From Candidatus Omnitrophota bacterium (GTDB lineage: Bacteria; Omnitrophota; Omnitrophia; Omnitrophales; Aquincolibacteriaceae), in assembly GCA_043803685.1 (NCBI GenBank), contig JAZDJU010000037.1:96001-160000 (forward strand): a stretch of DNA of 64,000 nt. Direction: 5' to 3'. Below the pieces are notes generated by a model. That model did not search any database. It had not been told where the DNA came from and saw only the letters and a list, made by a program, of their open reading frames with translations. Shown here piece by piece: positions 36,612 through 46,400 of this stretch. How positions within the stretch are numbered: position 1 is the first letter of the stretch; the number at the start of each line of letters is the position of its first letter. The position numbers were made by a program, and so were the translations under genes.

Positions 36612-39600
36612 TGTCCTTTTTGTTGATGTTCCGTTCGACTATAGCTTGAGAACTCTTGATCCGATCGATCAGATCGGACGATCGCATCAGATCCAACGAT
36701 CGAAACTTTCCATCATCTAACCATGCTTTGATCGTTTGAGTAAGTTTCAAAAAAAACGGGTTAAGATGCGGATGCTCCCTTTCCAGCAACCCGATCCAGT
36801 CAGGACGTTCCCTGACAAGACCCATCAGCTTTTCCAGCAAAACATCGTCGTGCGTGTTATAAACGGAGATCAGGAGATGTTTATAGAGCAATCGTTGAAA
36901 CTCCGTCTCCCCAAACCTGTCGATGATCCAGCGGTTAAGCGCAAGGATCAAAGCAAATAAATTCAGGGAAAAGCTTTCCTTCGGAGAAAGCAGGCTGGAT
37001 AGGGCGTTTCTCTTCCCGGCATAACGATAAAAGAACGTCAGATCGATCAAGGCCAGCCAGGGTGACAACCTGGGCTCCTTCTTCGCGCCACTCACATCCG
37101 TATCGCGAAACATAAAATGTTCCAGATCCATTAAAGAGTGATGTATCGCCAAAAAGAAGTCCAGATAAAGGAGTGCTTCCCGATGGTTCTCCAGATCCTC
37201 ATCAAGATAGCGGTTGGCTAAGCCCACATTGTCCTTCATTTTCAGGGAAAAATTTTCCGGATCTAAAAAGAACTTTTGTTCATCATAATATTCGCGACGC
37301 CAGTTCCAGAAGGTTTTAAAAAGCGAGAAAATATCATCTCGCTTTAAGTGATGCGCGATCGCCCCGGCTTCATATCCCAGCACTTGTCCCGTTCCCATAA
37401 GACGCCGGCTCAGATTCACGTCCTCATAATTGTTCTTGAGCGTCTCATCATAAAAGCCTACATCCAGAACTACCTGACGACGCAATACGGTGTTGGCGCC
37501 AAACAAGAACTCAGGGACTTTGTTTTCTGGTTCCCAATACTGTTTCATGTGAACTGCGCGCCACTCGTCGAATACGGAAGAAGTCTTGCTCTCCAGCAAC
37601 TTGCCTCCCATACCGCAAATGTTCGGGTCGTCAAACCTGCTCATCAAACGCGAAAGCCAGTCATGATCCGCAACGCAATCCGCATCCAGAGACGCGACAA
37701 ACTCTGTGTTCATATTCTTAAGAGCCGTATTTCTGGCAGCAGCGAGACCCTTGTTAGTCTCATGGCGGAACAATCGCACGCCATAAGAGGACGCAATGTC
37801 ACAAGTTCTGTCCGTCGACCCGTCATCCACCACGGCCACCTCTACCACAGGATACGTTTGCCTGAAAACAGCCTCCAGACAGGCCGAGAGTGTTTTTTCT
37901 GCATTGTAGCAGGGGATATACAACCCCACTCGTTTTAGCGGCAGAGCCATGCCCGAGAAAACCCATTTGCCGTCTCGATTGATCGCCACGCCGTTGCAAC
38001 CCTCGAGGGATCCGCCGGACTGAAGACGGAAAAGCACATTCAATAATATTTGCTCGCCTTCTCCGGTGATAATAAAGTCCGCGAATTTCTGCAACCCATG
38101 CGGCAATAGAAGGTCACGATCATCCTGGGTTAAATTGTAACAACAGGTTCCTCCCAGAAGAATCTTCACCTCAGGATATCTGCTCTTTACTCTCTTGATG
38201 ATCTCCAGAGTAAATAATGCGGAGGTTTTTTGGACTGAAAAACAGATCACATCGGGAGTTACCGCAAGGATCCGATCCACACATTGCTCATAGACCTGTT
38301 CCGTGATGAACGGTAATTGATAAAAGCTGTCCTCTGAACACCACCGGTCTCTGTTATGGCTATCCCAATAAGTCTTATGATCGCCAGCCACCTCATGATA
38401 GACCATGATGTTTAAGTCAAGAACGCTCGCCTCACACCCATTGGCGTTGAGATAGGCCAGCCCCAAGGAAGGCCTTTCAACGCCGAAAGGACAAGGGCAT
38501 TGGACGAGAGCTATTTTCATTATGCCGGGCCTCGCATTCTCGAGCCCTGCGTCAACAATGGAACTGCTGAAAAGTTTTCTCTTTTGCGAATAGTTGCTCT
38601 CAAGGTCGAAGTCGTCCCGATAAGAACACCACTGCAGACAAGGTTTGCTGCATTGGCGTATCAACTTTCGAAGATCCCTCGCGTTCGCCGAATACCAGAG
38701 ATCTTTCAGGCTGTCTTTTTTCACATCCCCGAACGTCGCCTCATGGCTATTCTGGTTCACGCAAAAATAAAGCTTCCCCTCCTGAACCACTTGAATGCGA
38801 TTGTATCCGGCATAACAAGGCCTCCCGGTGATCTTTGTCCGCCCCTGAAAATACTTTTTGATCGATTCCAGATTTTCGATCGCATTGGCAACAAGATCAA
38901 AATTGCACTCGTTCATTTTCTTAAATTGAATGATAGCATCGATGGAATCCTCCAGGAGCTTCAGCCTTGCTGGCGGTATACAGACCCCCGAATTCATTTC
39001 CGCCTTTTCCTGGTCCGTATTATCTCCCACCACGGGTTGAAAGATCACGCTGGATATCTTTAAGCTTCGGCATAATTCGATGACATCCATAAGTTCGCCA
39101 GCATTTTGATCCATGATCGTACAGACGCAACAGATCGAGGGCGAATACCTCCCTCTTTTCTCTTTCATTGCATTGATCAACTTCACATTGGCGATGATCT
39201 TTTCCAGATAATTCTGGCCCCGGATCTTCGAAAAAGATTCCTCCGTCGCCGCATCGATCGACACGCTCAAGTTGCTCAGATTCGCTTCGAACATTTTTTC
39301 AACGATCTTTTCGGACATGATCGTGCCGTTCGTTACCACCGTAATGGAGGAGAATCCGCAATCCGCCGCAAAAGAGACCATCTCGAATAACCGCGGTTCC
39401 AGAAAAGGCTCCCCCCCGATCAAGATCAGCGCAGGGACCTTCATTTCCGCGCCTTCTTTAATAAGTTTCTTGATCGTCGAAATATCCAGATCCACCGGGC
39501 GATTCTGGGCCTTGAAAGACTCCTCCCTTTCGTGCATGCTGCACATCGTGCACCTTAAATTACAACGGAAGGTGAAATTGATCTGAAGGGCATCTGCGGG

Positions 39601-39681
39601 AACAAGGGGATAATCGATCTTCCGGGAAAGCCGGAAAAATGAATTCCTTTCAAGCAATCGTTCAAACCTCTCCTTATCCAT
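36595..39681 (-). CDS. Fusion: radical SAM/SPASM + truncated B12-binding domain + GT2 + C-terminal helical region
   Basis: CNLRCTMC, GGEP and CSKPCLQWC; internal MKIALVQCP...GEGE; IPCYNAE, VDDGSTD, LDADC, YEDV. Confidence 0.85.
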   Translation of the reverse strand: MDKERFERLLERNSFFRLSRKIDYPLVPADALQINFTFRCNLRCTMCSMHEREESFKAQNRPVDLDISTIKKLIKEGAEMKVPALILIGGEPFLEPRLFEMVSFAADCGFSSITVVTNGTIMSEKIVEKMFEANLSNLSVSIDAATEESFSKIRGQNYLEKIIANVKLINAMKEKRGRYSPSICCVCTIMDQNAGELMDVIELCRSLKISSVIFQPVVGDNTDQEKAEMNSGVCIPPARLKLLEDSIDAIIQFKKMNECNFDLVANAIENLESIKKYFQGRTKITGRPCYAGYNRIQVVQEGKLYFCVNQNSHEATFGDVKKDSLKDLWYSANARDLRKLIRQCSKPCLQWCSYRDDFDLESNYSQKRKLFSSSIVDAGLENARPGIMKIALVQCPCPFGVERPSLGLAYLNANGCEASVLDLNIMVYHEVAGDHKTYWDSHNRDRWCSEDSFYQLPFITEQVYEQCVDRILAVTPDVICFSVQKTSALFTLEIIKRVKSRYPEVKILLGGTCCYNLTQDDRDLLLPHGLQKFADFIITGEGEQILLNVLFRLQSGGSLEGCNGVAINRDGKWVFSGMALPLKRVGLYIPCYNAEKTLSACLEAVFRQTYPVVEVAVVDDGSTDRTCDIASSYGVRLFRHETNKGLAAARNTALKNMNTEFVASLDADCVADHDWLSRLMSRFDDPNICGMGGKLLESKTSSVFDEWRAVHMKQYWEPENKVPEFLFGANTVLRRQVVLDVGFYDETLKNNYEDVNLSRRLMGTGQVLGYEAGAIAHHLKRDDIFSLFKTFWNWRREYYDEQKFFLDPENFSLKMKDNVGLANRYLDEDLENHREALLYLDFFLAIHHSLMDLEHFMFRDTDVSGAKKEPRLSPWLALIDLTFFYRYAGKRNALSSLLSPKESFSLNLFALILALNRWIIDRFGETEFQRLLYKHLLISVYNTHDDVLLEKLMGLVRERPDWIGLLEREHPHLNPFFLKLTQTIKAWLDDGKFRSLDLMRSSDLIDRIKSSQAIVERNINKKDNVDEN

Positions 39682-39887
39682 TTTTCCTTTTTGAGCCTGT
39701 TGTATCGCCGCTGGATTCCCGGATGACGATCCTCAGCTGCAGTAGACGACGAATTATTCGTCCTCCCTATCGTAAAACCTTTGCACACAAGACCCGGGGC
39801 CTTGCGCTCTTGAGCCCTAGGCTCATCCCCACCCGTGCGGTGAGAAATTCCCGCCAAGTACAATTCTTTGGCTGATCCGCAACACAC

Positions 39888-41225
39888 TCATTTTTCTCTA
39901 AAAACGGGTCCGGCAACTCCGTTCTTTGAGCTTCGCCCAACACGGCCCCTTGAGATCATTTGTTCGAATCCTCTAAGACTCTCTGAGATCCTCGCGATCT
40001 CAAGGTCCAGGCTCTCATCTGCAGGATCATGAACCAGGCCCAGCATCCGCCCGAAGCGGGCCTTACACTTCTTCCAAAGGATCAAGGCCCTGTAGCTTTT
40101 GAACATTCCGCACAATCTTCGCAAATACTCTTTTTTCTCTCGCTCATCAGCAATGCCCGCAACAAATCTGTCACATGCGGGATAAATATCGGAAAGTTCT
40201 TCCATGTGGACACAACTCTGAAGACAAGGGGTCCGGCACTGGACAACTTTTTTTCGTATCGCTCCGGCCCGCTTTGAGAACCAATATTGCTTCAGGGTGC
40301 CCGTTTTAAGCTCTCCATACATTCCCTGACACGTCCAAAGTCCCCCGGTAAAAGAAATGACGATCCTCGCGAAACCTTCGTAGCACTTGAGGTCCTTGTT
40401 CAAAAGGGTTCCGGAAAAATAATCCGGGATCAACTTCAAAACCTTTTCGTTCACATGGACGCTCAAATCCGAAGATGTTCTTTTTAATTCCAGAACCTGG
40501 CCAATCACTGCTCGCAGTTTTTCAAGATTTCTCTCCGAAACCCACAGCTCATTTTTTACCCGATCCTGCATTTCTGTATTATCAGAAAGCATCGGTTGTA
40601 TCACGATAATGTTACATTTCTTACTGCGCGCCACCTCAATCATGGGCACAATGTCGTCAATATTACAATCCATAATGGTGAAATTGATCCCGACCGTAGG
40701 AAGCGTGCGGTCCCCACGGATTCGATTGATCATATCGATGGCACCCACCGCCCGCTTGAATGCTCCCTCCCCACGCACAAAGTCATGCGCCTCCTCCCGA
40801 CCATCGATCGAAATAGTGATATGAGTCAATCCCGCATTAACAAGTGTCCTCCCGATAGCTTCGGTGAGCATAAGTCCGTTACTGATGAGATCAACCATTT
40901 TAATCTTTTTCAAAACGGCATAGTGAACCAGCTCCTCAATATCACGCCGCAAAAGAGGTTCTCCTCCGGAAAATATCAGATGATCCACGCCTAGATCCGC
41001 GATCTGATCAATGATCCTCTTGCATTGTTCAAGGGATAGTTCCTCTTCGCTCCGCGCCCCTTCCCCGGGGATACTGCACATTTTGCACTTCAAATTGCAC
41101 CGATTCGTTAGCGAAAAATAAACATGCTCGGGGGGACACAAAGGACGCCCGACCACTCTGGAGAAATAGAACCCCAGATTCCTCTTGAGCTTATTCCAGC
41201 TATAATCCGATGGATTATTTTCCAT
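39888..41225 (-). CDS. Radical SAM protein with SPASM/Twitch domain
   Basis: CNLKCKMC, SGGEP, SIDG, CRTPCLQSC. Confidence 0.9.
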   Translation of the reverse strand: MENNPSDYSWNKLKRNLGFYFSRVVGRPLCPPEHVYFSLTNRCNLKCKMCSIPGEGARSEEELSLEQCKRIIDQIADLGVDHLIFSGGEPLLRRDIEELVHYAVLKKIKMVDLISNGLMLTEAIGRTLVNAGLTHITISIDGREEAHDFVRGEGAFKRAVGAIDMINRIRGDRTLPTVGINFTIMDCNIDDIVPMIEVARSKKCNIIVIQPMLSDNTEMQDRVKNELWVSERNLEKLRAVIGQVLELKRTSSDLSVHVNEKVLKLIPDYFSGTLLNKDLKCYEGFARIVISFTGGLWTCQGMYGELKTGTLKQYWFSKRAGAIRKKVVQCRTPCLQSCVHMEELSDIYPACDRFVAGIADEREKKEYLRRLCGMFKSYRALILWKKCKARFGRMLGLVHDPADESLDLEIARISESLRGFEQMISRGRVGRSSKNGVAGPVFREK

Positions 41226-42261
41226 AACTATTGCGTCCTATGGCCCATAGGGATCTTGATCTCTCCCGAGAATAGCAAGACTGCAAACAGAGATCCCTAC
41301 ATCGCTTAACAGACTTTCTAAGCTTCGCGGCTTCTCGGGACGCCCAACATTCGCGAAGCGACTTCTCTGAAAGATCCCCGCAGATGCCATGGCACGTATA
41401 AACCAAAGGAGTTCCCGTATCTCCGATACAAACAAACAGGGTCTTATAGCCTCCAAAGCATTTCCAGTCTGAACGGGACAAACTCCGCCGGTAATATTTC
41501 TTTAACAATCTCAGATCCGGTTCCTCATACAGCTGGAGGTGCCGTGCTTTGAAATGTTTGATCTGTTCTATCGTCTCGTCTAAGACATGCCACCTCTCGT
41601 CAGGGATCCAAAACTTACTGACGCGACGATCCGGTGTGTTCGCATTGTCCTTAAGAAGAGGCTGAAAGTTGATAGCATCCACGTTCAGGGCATCCGCATA
41701 CGCCATTAACTGAGGCAGATCTTCCAGGTTGTGGTCCATGACCGTACAAGCGATCCCGACCGAAAGAGGATTTTTCGAGATCTTGCGGAGGGCGTCCACC
41801 TTTTTAATGCCTTCGATAGTTTTCTTAAAGCTGCCTTTTCCACGAACGAGATCATTAGCCTCTTCAAGCCCGTCCAACGAGAAATGGATGTGACTCAACC
41901 CCGATGAGACAATCGCTTGCGCCAACCCTTCATCCACGAGAGTTCCGTTCGTGGTCAGGATCGATCTAAGCCCCCTGTCCTTGCAATGACCACAAATTTC
42001 AAAAAAATCCTTCCTCAATAAAGGCTCTCCGCCGGTCAGCACGGCCTCTTGAATCCCCATGTTGGCGGCTTGATCGAGAATATCGAAAATCGTCGCCAGG
42101 GACAGTCGATTACTGCCATCCCCCCGGATGGAACACATCGCACACTTCAAATTACAGGCATCCGTCATCGGGATCTGGATCACTTCCGGAGAGACTAAAG
42201 AGTGATCGAAAAACCTAGAAGCCCAGAACAGAAAATCCTTACCCCTCTCCTTCAGAGACAT
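41215..42261 (-). CDS. Radical SAM protein with SPASM/Twitch domain
   Basis: CNLKCAMC, TGGEP, TTNG, SLDG, CRDLCLQSC. Confidence 0.9.
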   Translation of the reverse strand: MSLKERGKDFLFWASRFFDHSLVSPEVIQIPMTDACNLKCAMCSIRGDGSNRLSLATIFDILDQAANMGIQEAVLTGGEPLLRKDFFEICGHCKDRGLRSILTTNGTLVDEGLAQAIVSSGLSHIHFSLDGLEEANDLVRGKGSFKKTIEGIKKVDALRKISKNPLSVGIACTVMDHNLEDLPQLMAYADALNVDAINFQPLLKDNANTPDRRVSKFWIPDERWHVLDETIEQIKHFKARHLQLYEEPDLRLLKKYYRRSLSRSDWKCFGGYKTLFVCIGDTGTPLVYTCHGICGDLSEKSLRECWASREAAKLRKSVKRCRDLCLQSCYSRERSRSLWAIGRNSYGK

Positions 42262-42483
42262 GACGAATCCTCCTGCTTAAGCACGCGAGCCGCCCTCTCA
42301 TTACATTCCTTCAGGATCGTACAACAGGCCTGAAAGCAAGGGACGTGTTCGTTGAGCGTTTGCCGCAATTTCAAATACTCACTAGCCCGAAAATCCTTGA
42401 GACGCACCCCTTTTTATATTCATCCAAGACATAGTCTTCTGGAGCTGCGGACATTGCAGAGCATCACCGTTCGCATCAACGAA
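42252..42483 (-). pseudogene. Frameshifted C-terminal SPASM/Twitch remnant of a lost radical SAM gene
   Basis: Manual translation FVDANGDALQCP...NIK[frameshift in A5G4]GVRLKDFRASEYLKLRQ...PCFQAC...; its stop overlaps the next start. Confidence 0.6.
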
Positions 42484-42484
42484 C

Positions 42485-43603
42485 TTATTTAAAAAGCCTC
42501 GTTTTCTGCCAATGGCTGGTCACAAGGTCGAAGTCGTCCCGCCAAGAACACCTCTGCATACAGGGTTTCCGGCATTGGCGTATCAACTTGCGCAGTTCCC
42601 TCGCCTTCTCCGAATACCAGAGATCTTTCAAACTGTCATTTTTCACATCCCCGAACGTTGCCTCATGGCTATTCTGGTCCACGCAAAAATAAAGCTTTCC
42701 CTCCTGAACCACTTGAATGCGATTGTACCCGGAATAACAAGGCTTTCTGTTGATCTTTGTCCGTCCCTGAAAATACTTTTTGATCGTCTCCAGATTTTCG
42801 ATCGTATTGATGATAAAATCGAAATTGTGCTCGTTCATTTTTTTAAATTGAATGATCGCGTCAATGGAATCCTCCAACAGCTTCAGCCTTGCTGGCGGTA
42901 TGCGAACCCCCGAATTTATTTCCGCCTTTTCCTGATCCGTGTTATCTCCCACCACCGGCTGAAAAGCCACATGAGCTATCTTCAAACTGCGGCATAATTC
43001 GATCACATCCATCAGCTCCTCGATATTCTGGTCCATGATCGTACAGGAGCAACAGATCAAGGGGGAATGGCTCCCGATTCTTTCTTTCACTTTGTTGATC
43101 AGCTTCACATTGGCGATGATCTTGTTCAGATAGGCCTGTCCTCTGATCCTGGAAAATGTTTCTTCACTGGCCCCATCGATCGACAAGGTTAAATTGCTCC
43201 CTGTCGCTTCGGACATTTTCTCCACGATCTTTTCGGACATGATCGTGCCGTTCGTTACCACGATAATAGAGGAGAATCCGCAATCCACCGCAAAAGAGAC
43301 CATCTCGAACAACCGCGGATCCAGAAAAGGCTCCCCCCCGATCAAGAGAAGCGAAGGGATCTTCATCTCCGCGCCCTCTTTGATAAGTTTCTTGATCGTC
43401 GAAATATCCAGATCGACCGGGCGATTCTGGGCCTTGAAAGACTCCTCCCTTTCGTGCATGTTACACATCGTGCACCTTAAATTACAACGGAAGGTGAAAT
43501 TGATCTGAAGAGTATCCGGGGGAACCAGGGGATAATCTTTCTTACGCGAAAGCCGGAACAATACATTCCTGTCAAGCAATCGCTGAAGCTTCTTGTTATC
43601 CAT
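42485..43603 (-). CDS. Radical SAM/SPASM protein, close paralog of the N-terminus of 36595..39681
   Basis: CNLRCTMC, GGEP, CRKPCMQRC; start MDNKKL at 43603 overlapping the wzt stop. Confidence 0.9.
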   Translation of the reverse strand: MDNKKLQRLLDRNVLFRLSRKKDYPLVPPDTLQINFTFRCNLRCTMCNMHEREESFKAQNRPVDLDISTIKKLIKEGAEMKIPSLLLIGGEPFLDPRLFEMVSFAVDCGFSSIIVVTNGTIMSEKIVEKMSEATGSNLTLSIDGASEETFSRIRGQAYLNKIIANVKLINKVKERIGSHSPLICCSCTIMDQNIEELMDVIELCRSLKIAHVAFQPVVGDNTDQEKAEINSGVRIPPARLKLLEDSIDAIIQFKKMNEHNFDFIINTIENLETIKKYFQGRTKINRKPCYSGYNRIQVVQEGKLYFCVDQNSHEATFGDVKNDSLKDLWYSEKARELRKLIRQCRKPCMQRCSWRDDFDLVTSHWQKTRLFK

Positions 43604-46352
43604 TTTTCCTTTCTGAGCCTTTTGTATCGCCGCTGGATTCCTGGATAACGATTCTCGCCATAAGATCGATCTTTTCCTCCGGGCGAAGCTTTCCCGGATT
43701 CCTTTCAAGATACTGCAAAACTCTGCCGCGATGATAAAGATCCGAGTTCACAATATTCAGGGTCTTGGTAATGCTAGGCCCGCATGGCCCTATGCGGACT
43801 TCCGGCAATCCCGCTGCCGATACAGCCACCCATCCGTCAGGAACCCCTTCTTTATTGTCTGTAGAGTAAACAACCTCCCAATCATCGTCAATATTCGCTT
43901 TGAACGGGGGGAGGATGCCGCTCACGCCATGCGCCCGCCACGCATCATACCTTTCTGAAAGCATGATATTGGTCTGTATACGATCCATTTCTATATCCTC
44001 GTTGACGATCATTGAGGCGCGAAGTTCGACCGTATGGCTGTCGGTGATCTTGATCTCCCAGGATTGAATCAAGGGTAACTGAAGCCAGTTTCCGTGAGCC
44101 ATGAGCGTGTGATCATCGACATTTTCGACCCTCCAGAACGCCGAAGAAACCGAGGAATGCCAACGCCCCTGACAACGCAAGGCGGTATAGAAACCGAGTT
44201 CTTTGGTTAACTCTTTCCCTTTCCAATACAAACGCCCTTGCCCTCGGTCGAAACAAAAACTCAATTCACCGCGATCGATCTTGCTCACGACTTTACTTTC
44301 AACCGTGGCCCTTTTCTTTCCAAATGAGATCTCGGCATCAAAGCAAGATCGCTCTCCCGGGAGAAGCAGCTCCTGGCCTTCGCCTCCGATCCTGTAAATA
44401 CGTATTTCACGCGATCGGGAAAAAATGTCGGCGTTGAATATTTTCACAAAGCTATCATCAGCCTGGGCGACCTTCATGACCGCGGCCGGGACGCCCTCGG
44501 CCCTGCTCGCCACTCCGAGCTCAGGCTGCCGGATACACTTCTGAAGAACATCCACTTCATGCTCCAGAAACTCTTCCGGGAAATCATGCTCCACGGCCCC
44601 ATAAAACCAGGACGTATATTCCTTGCTGAGCGTCCAATTCAGCATCTGTTGTTCCACGCAAACTTCTTCACTGACCCGCAAGAAAACGTTGAGGCGAAAA
44701 GCGTCTTCTCCGACCGCCTCGATCTCCCAGATCTGGATGAACGGCGCATCCGGCCAGATCACCTGAGCGATCATTTTATGGGGCCCGGCCTTTTCGGGCT
44801 TCCATTTTGCCAAAGTCGAAAAGTATCTTCGCCCGCCCGCATGGACCGATGACGCGATGGACTGGATCGCGGACGGACCAAACTTTTTACAGGTGATATC
44901 GCATCGCCCATGTTCAAAAACCAGCTTTGTGGTGTTGAGCTCTATCGCATAACCCGCCTGCAGATCATTCAAATATTGTTCCGGGTCGGAAACGTCCAGG
45001 AGGATCCTGCCTGAAAACCAATACGCTTGGTCTGCACGCGAAACATTACTATGCTGCCTACGGAGGATCGTGTATTGAAGGACTCTGCAATCGGCCAGAG
45101 AGTCCGAATTAAAGACCTGCCCCTGGGCTCCCAACGAAGAGTCCCGGGATTCAAAGATCAGCCCGGGCAATCCCGCGTCCGCCGCCTCTTGGGGCATCAC
45201 ACCCATACATTCATGAGCGGCTCTCTTTTCAGTGAGCGGTTGCCAGTCATGACTGTTTTCATCAATGACCGGAAAATGACCTTTCTCAGAAGGAGTGAAC
45301 CAGTCGGCATATTCTTTTTGAAGTAAAAGATTAAGATAGCCCTCCTGAATGTCCAAGGGCTCGTCCGCCTGGATCTCCACATCCCATTTCACTTCAGAGT
45401 TCTCATGGATCTCCATCTTCCAGATCTGGGTCAGTCCCAGTTGGAAGAGCCTCCCCCGGGCCACGAACCGTGTCTCGCTCTCTTTTTGAACTTCCCAATC
45501 CGCCTGAAAAGAATGATAGCTCTTCCCGTCGACAAAAAAACGGGTGTATCCTCCGGCATTCGAAGTCACCGGCTTATCTTTCCAGTTAAGGAACAGCCTT
45601 CCGTTATTAAAAATAACGGAAAAAGGTCCTTGCGTCAGGATCGCGATCGTATCTTTGGCTCCGATCATCTGCGCATAAAAAGGAATGACCTTCTCTGCCA
45701 GGTCATCTTTGATGACCCTTCCTTCCCTGATGAAAAGAACCCGCTTGCAAAGCTTTCGGAGCATATGCATATCATGCGTCACGCAAACGATCGTCGCGCC
45801 GGAATCCCTGAGTTCAAAGATCCTTTTAATGCATTTCCTTTGAAAATACTCATCCCCCACGGCCAGAATATCATCAATGACCAATATCTCAGGCTCCACA
45901 TGGATCGCGGCGGAAAAGGCCAGGCGGACAAACATGCCCTGGGAATAACACTTCACCGGCGCATCAATAAATTTCCCGATATCGGCAAAGCTGATGATCT
46001 TTTCGCAGGCGACCTCGAGCTTCGCGGGGTCCATTCCCGATAGACTCAGATTCAAGTGGATGTTATCTCTCCCGGTCAGCTCCGGCTGAAAGCCAGCTCC
46101 CATCTCCAAAAGCCCGGCCACTCTGCCGTCCACCTTGACTTCGCCCCGATCCGGTTTTAAGAGCCCCGCAATGATCTTCAGGATCGTCGTTTTTCCGGAC
46201 CCATTTTCCCCGATGATCCCTATCGTTTCGGAAGGCTCGATCTTGAAGCTGATCCCCTTTAAAGCCCAGTAATTCTCCCAGGAAACTTTGCCGGCGAGCA
46301 CGAACTTGATCCGGTACATTTCCCAAACATCATGAAAATTTATGATAGCCAT
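43596..46352 (-). CDS. wzt: Polysaccharide ABC transporter ATPase (Wzt/TagH-like) with about 680-aa triplicated C-terminal extension
   Basis: GENGSGKTT, GFQPELTGRDN, YSQGMFVRLAFS, LAVGD, VTHD. Confidence 0.88.
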   Translation of the reverse strand: MAIINFHDVWEMYRIKFVLAGKVSWENYWALKGISFKIEPSETIGIIGENGSGKTTILKIIAGLLKPDRGEVKVDGRVAGLLEMGAGFQPELTGRDNIHLNLSLSGMDPAKLEVACEKIISFADIGKFIDAPVKCYSQGMFVRLAFSAAIHVEPEILVIDDILAVGDEYFQRKCIKRIFELRDSGATIVCVTHDMHMLRKLCKRVLFIREGRVIKDDLAEKVIPFYAQMIGAKDTIAILTQGPFSVIFNNGRLFLNWKDKPVTSNAGGYTRFFVDGKSYHSFQADWEVQKESETRFVARGRLFQLGLTQIWKMEIHENSEVKWDVEIQADEPLDIQEGYLNLLLQKEYADWFTPSEKGHFPVIDENSHDWQPLTEKRAAHECMGVMPQEAADAGLPGLIFESRDSSLGAQGQVFNSDSLADCRVLQYTILRRQHSNVSRADQAYWFSGRILLDVSDPEQYLNDLQAGYAIELNTTKLVFEHGRCDITCKKFGPSAIQSIASSVHAGGRRYFSTLAKWKPEKAGPHKMIAQVIWPDAPFIQIWEIEAVGEDAFRLNVFLRVSEEVCVEQQMLNWTLSKEYTSWFYGAVEHDFPEEFLEHEVDVLQKCIRQPELGVASRAEGVPAAVMKVAQADDSFVKIFNADIFSRSREIRIYRIGGEGQELLLPGERSCFDAEISFGKKRATVESKVVSKIDRGELSFCFDRGQGRLYWKGKELTKELGFYTALRCQGRWHSSVSSAFWRVENVDDHTLMAHGNWLQLPLIQSWEIKITDSHTVELRASMIVNEDIEMDRIQTNIMLSERYDAWRAHGVSGILPPFKANIDDDWEVVYSTDNKEGVPDGWVAVSAAGLPEVRIGPCGPSITKTLNIVNSDLYHRGRVLQYLERNPGKLRPEEKIDLMARIVIQESSGDTKGSERKNG

Positions 46353-46400
46353 TCATCACCTTATGCCCGTTCAGATTCTCATTAAATCCATAACATTATT

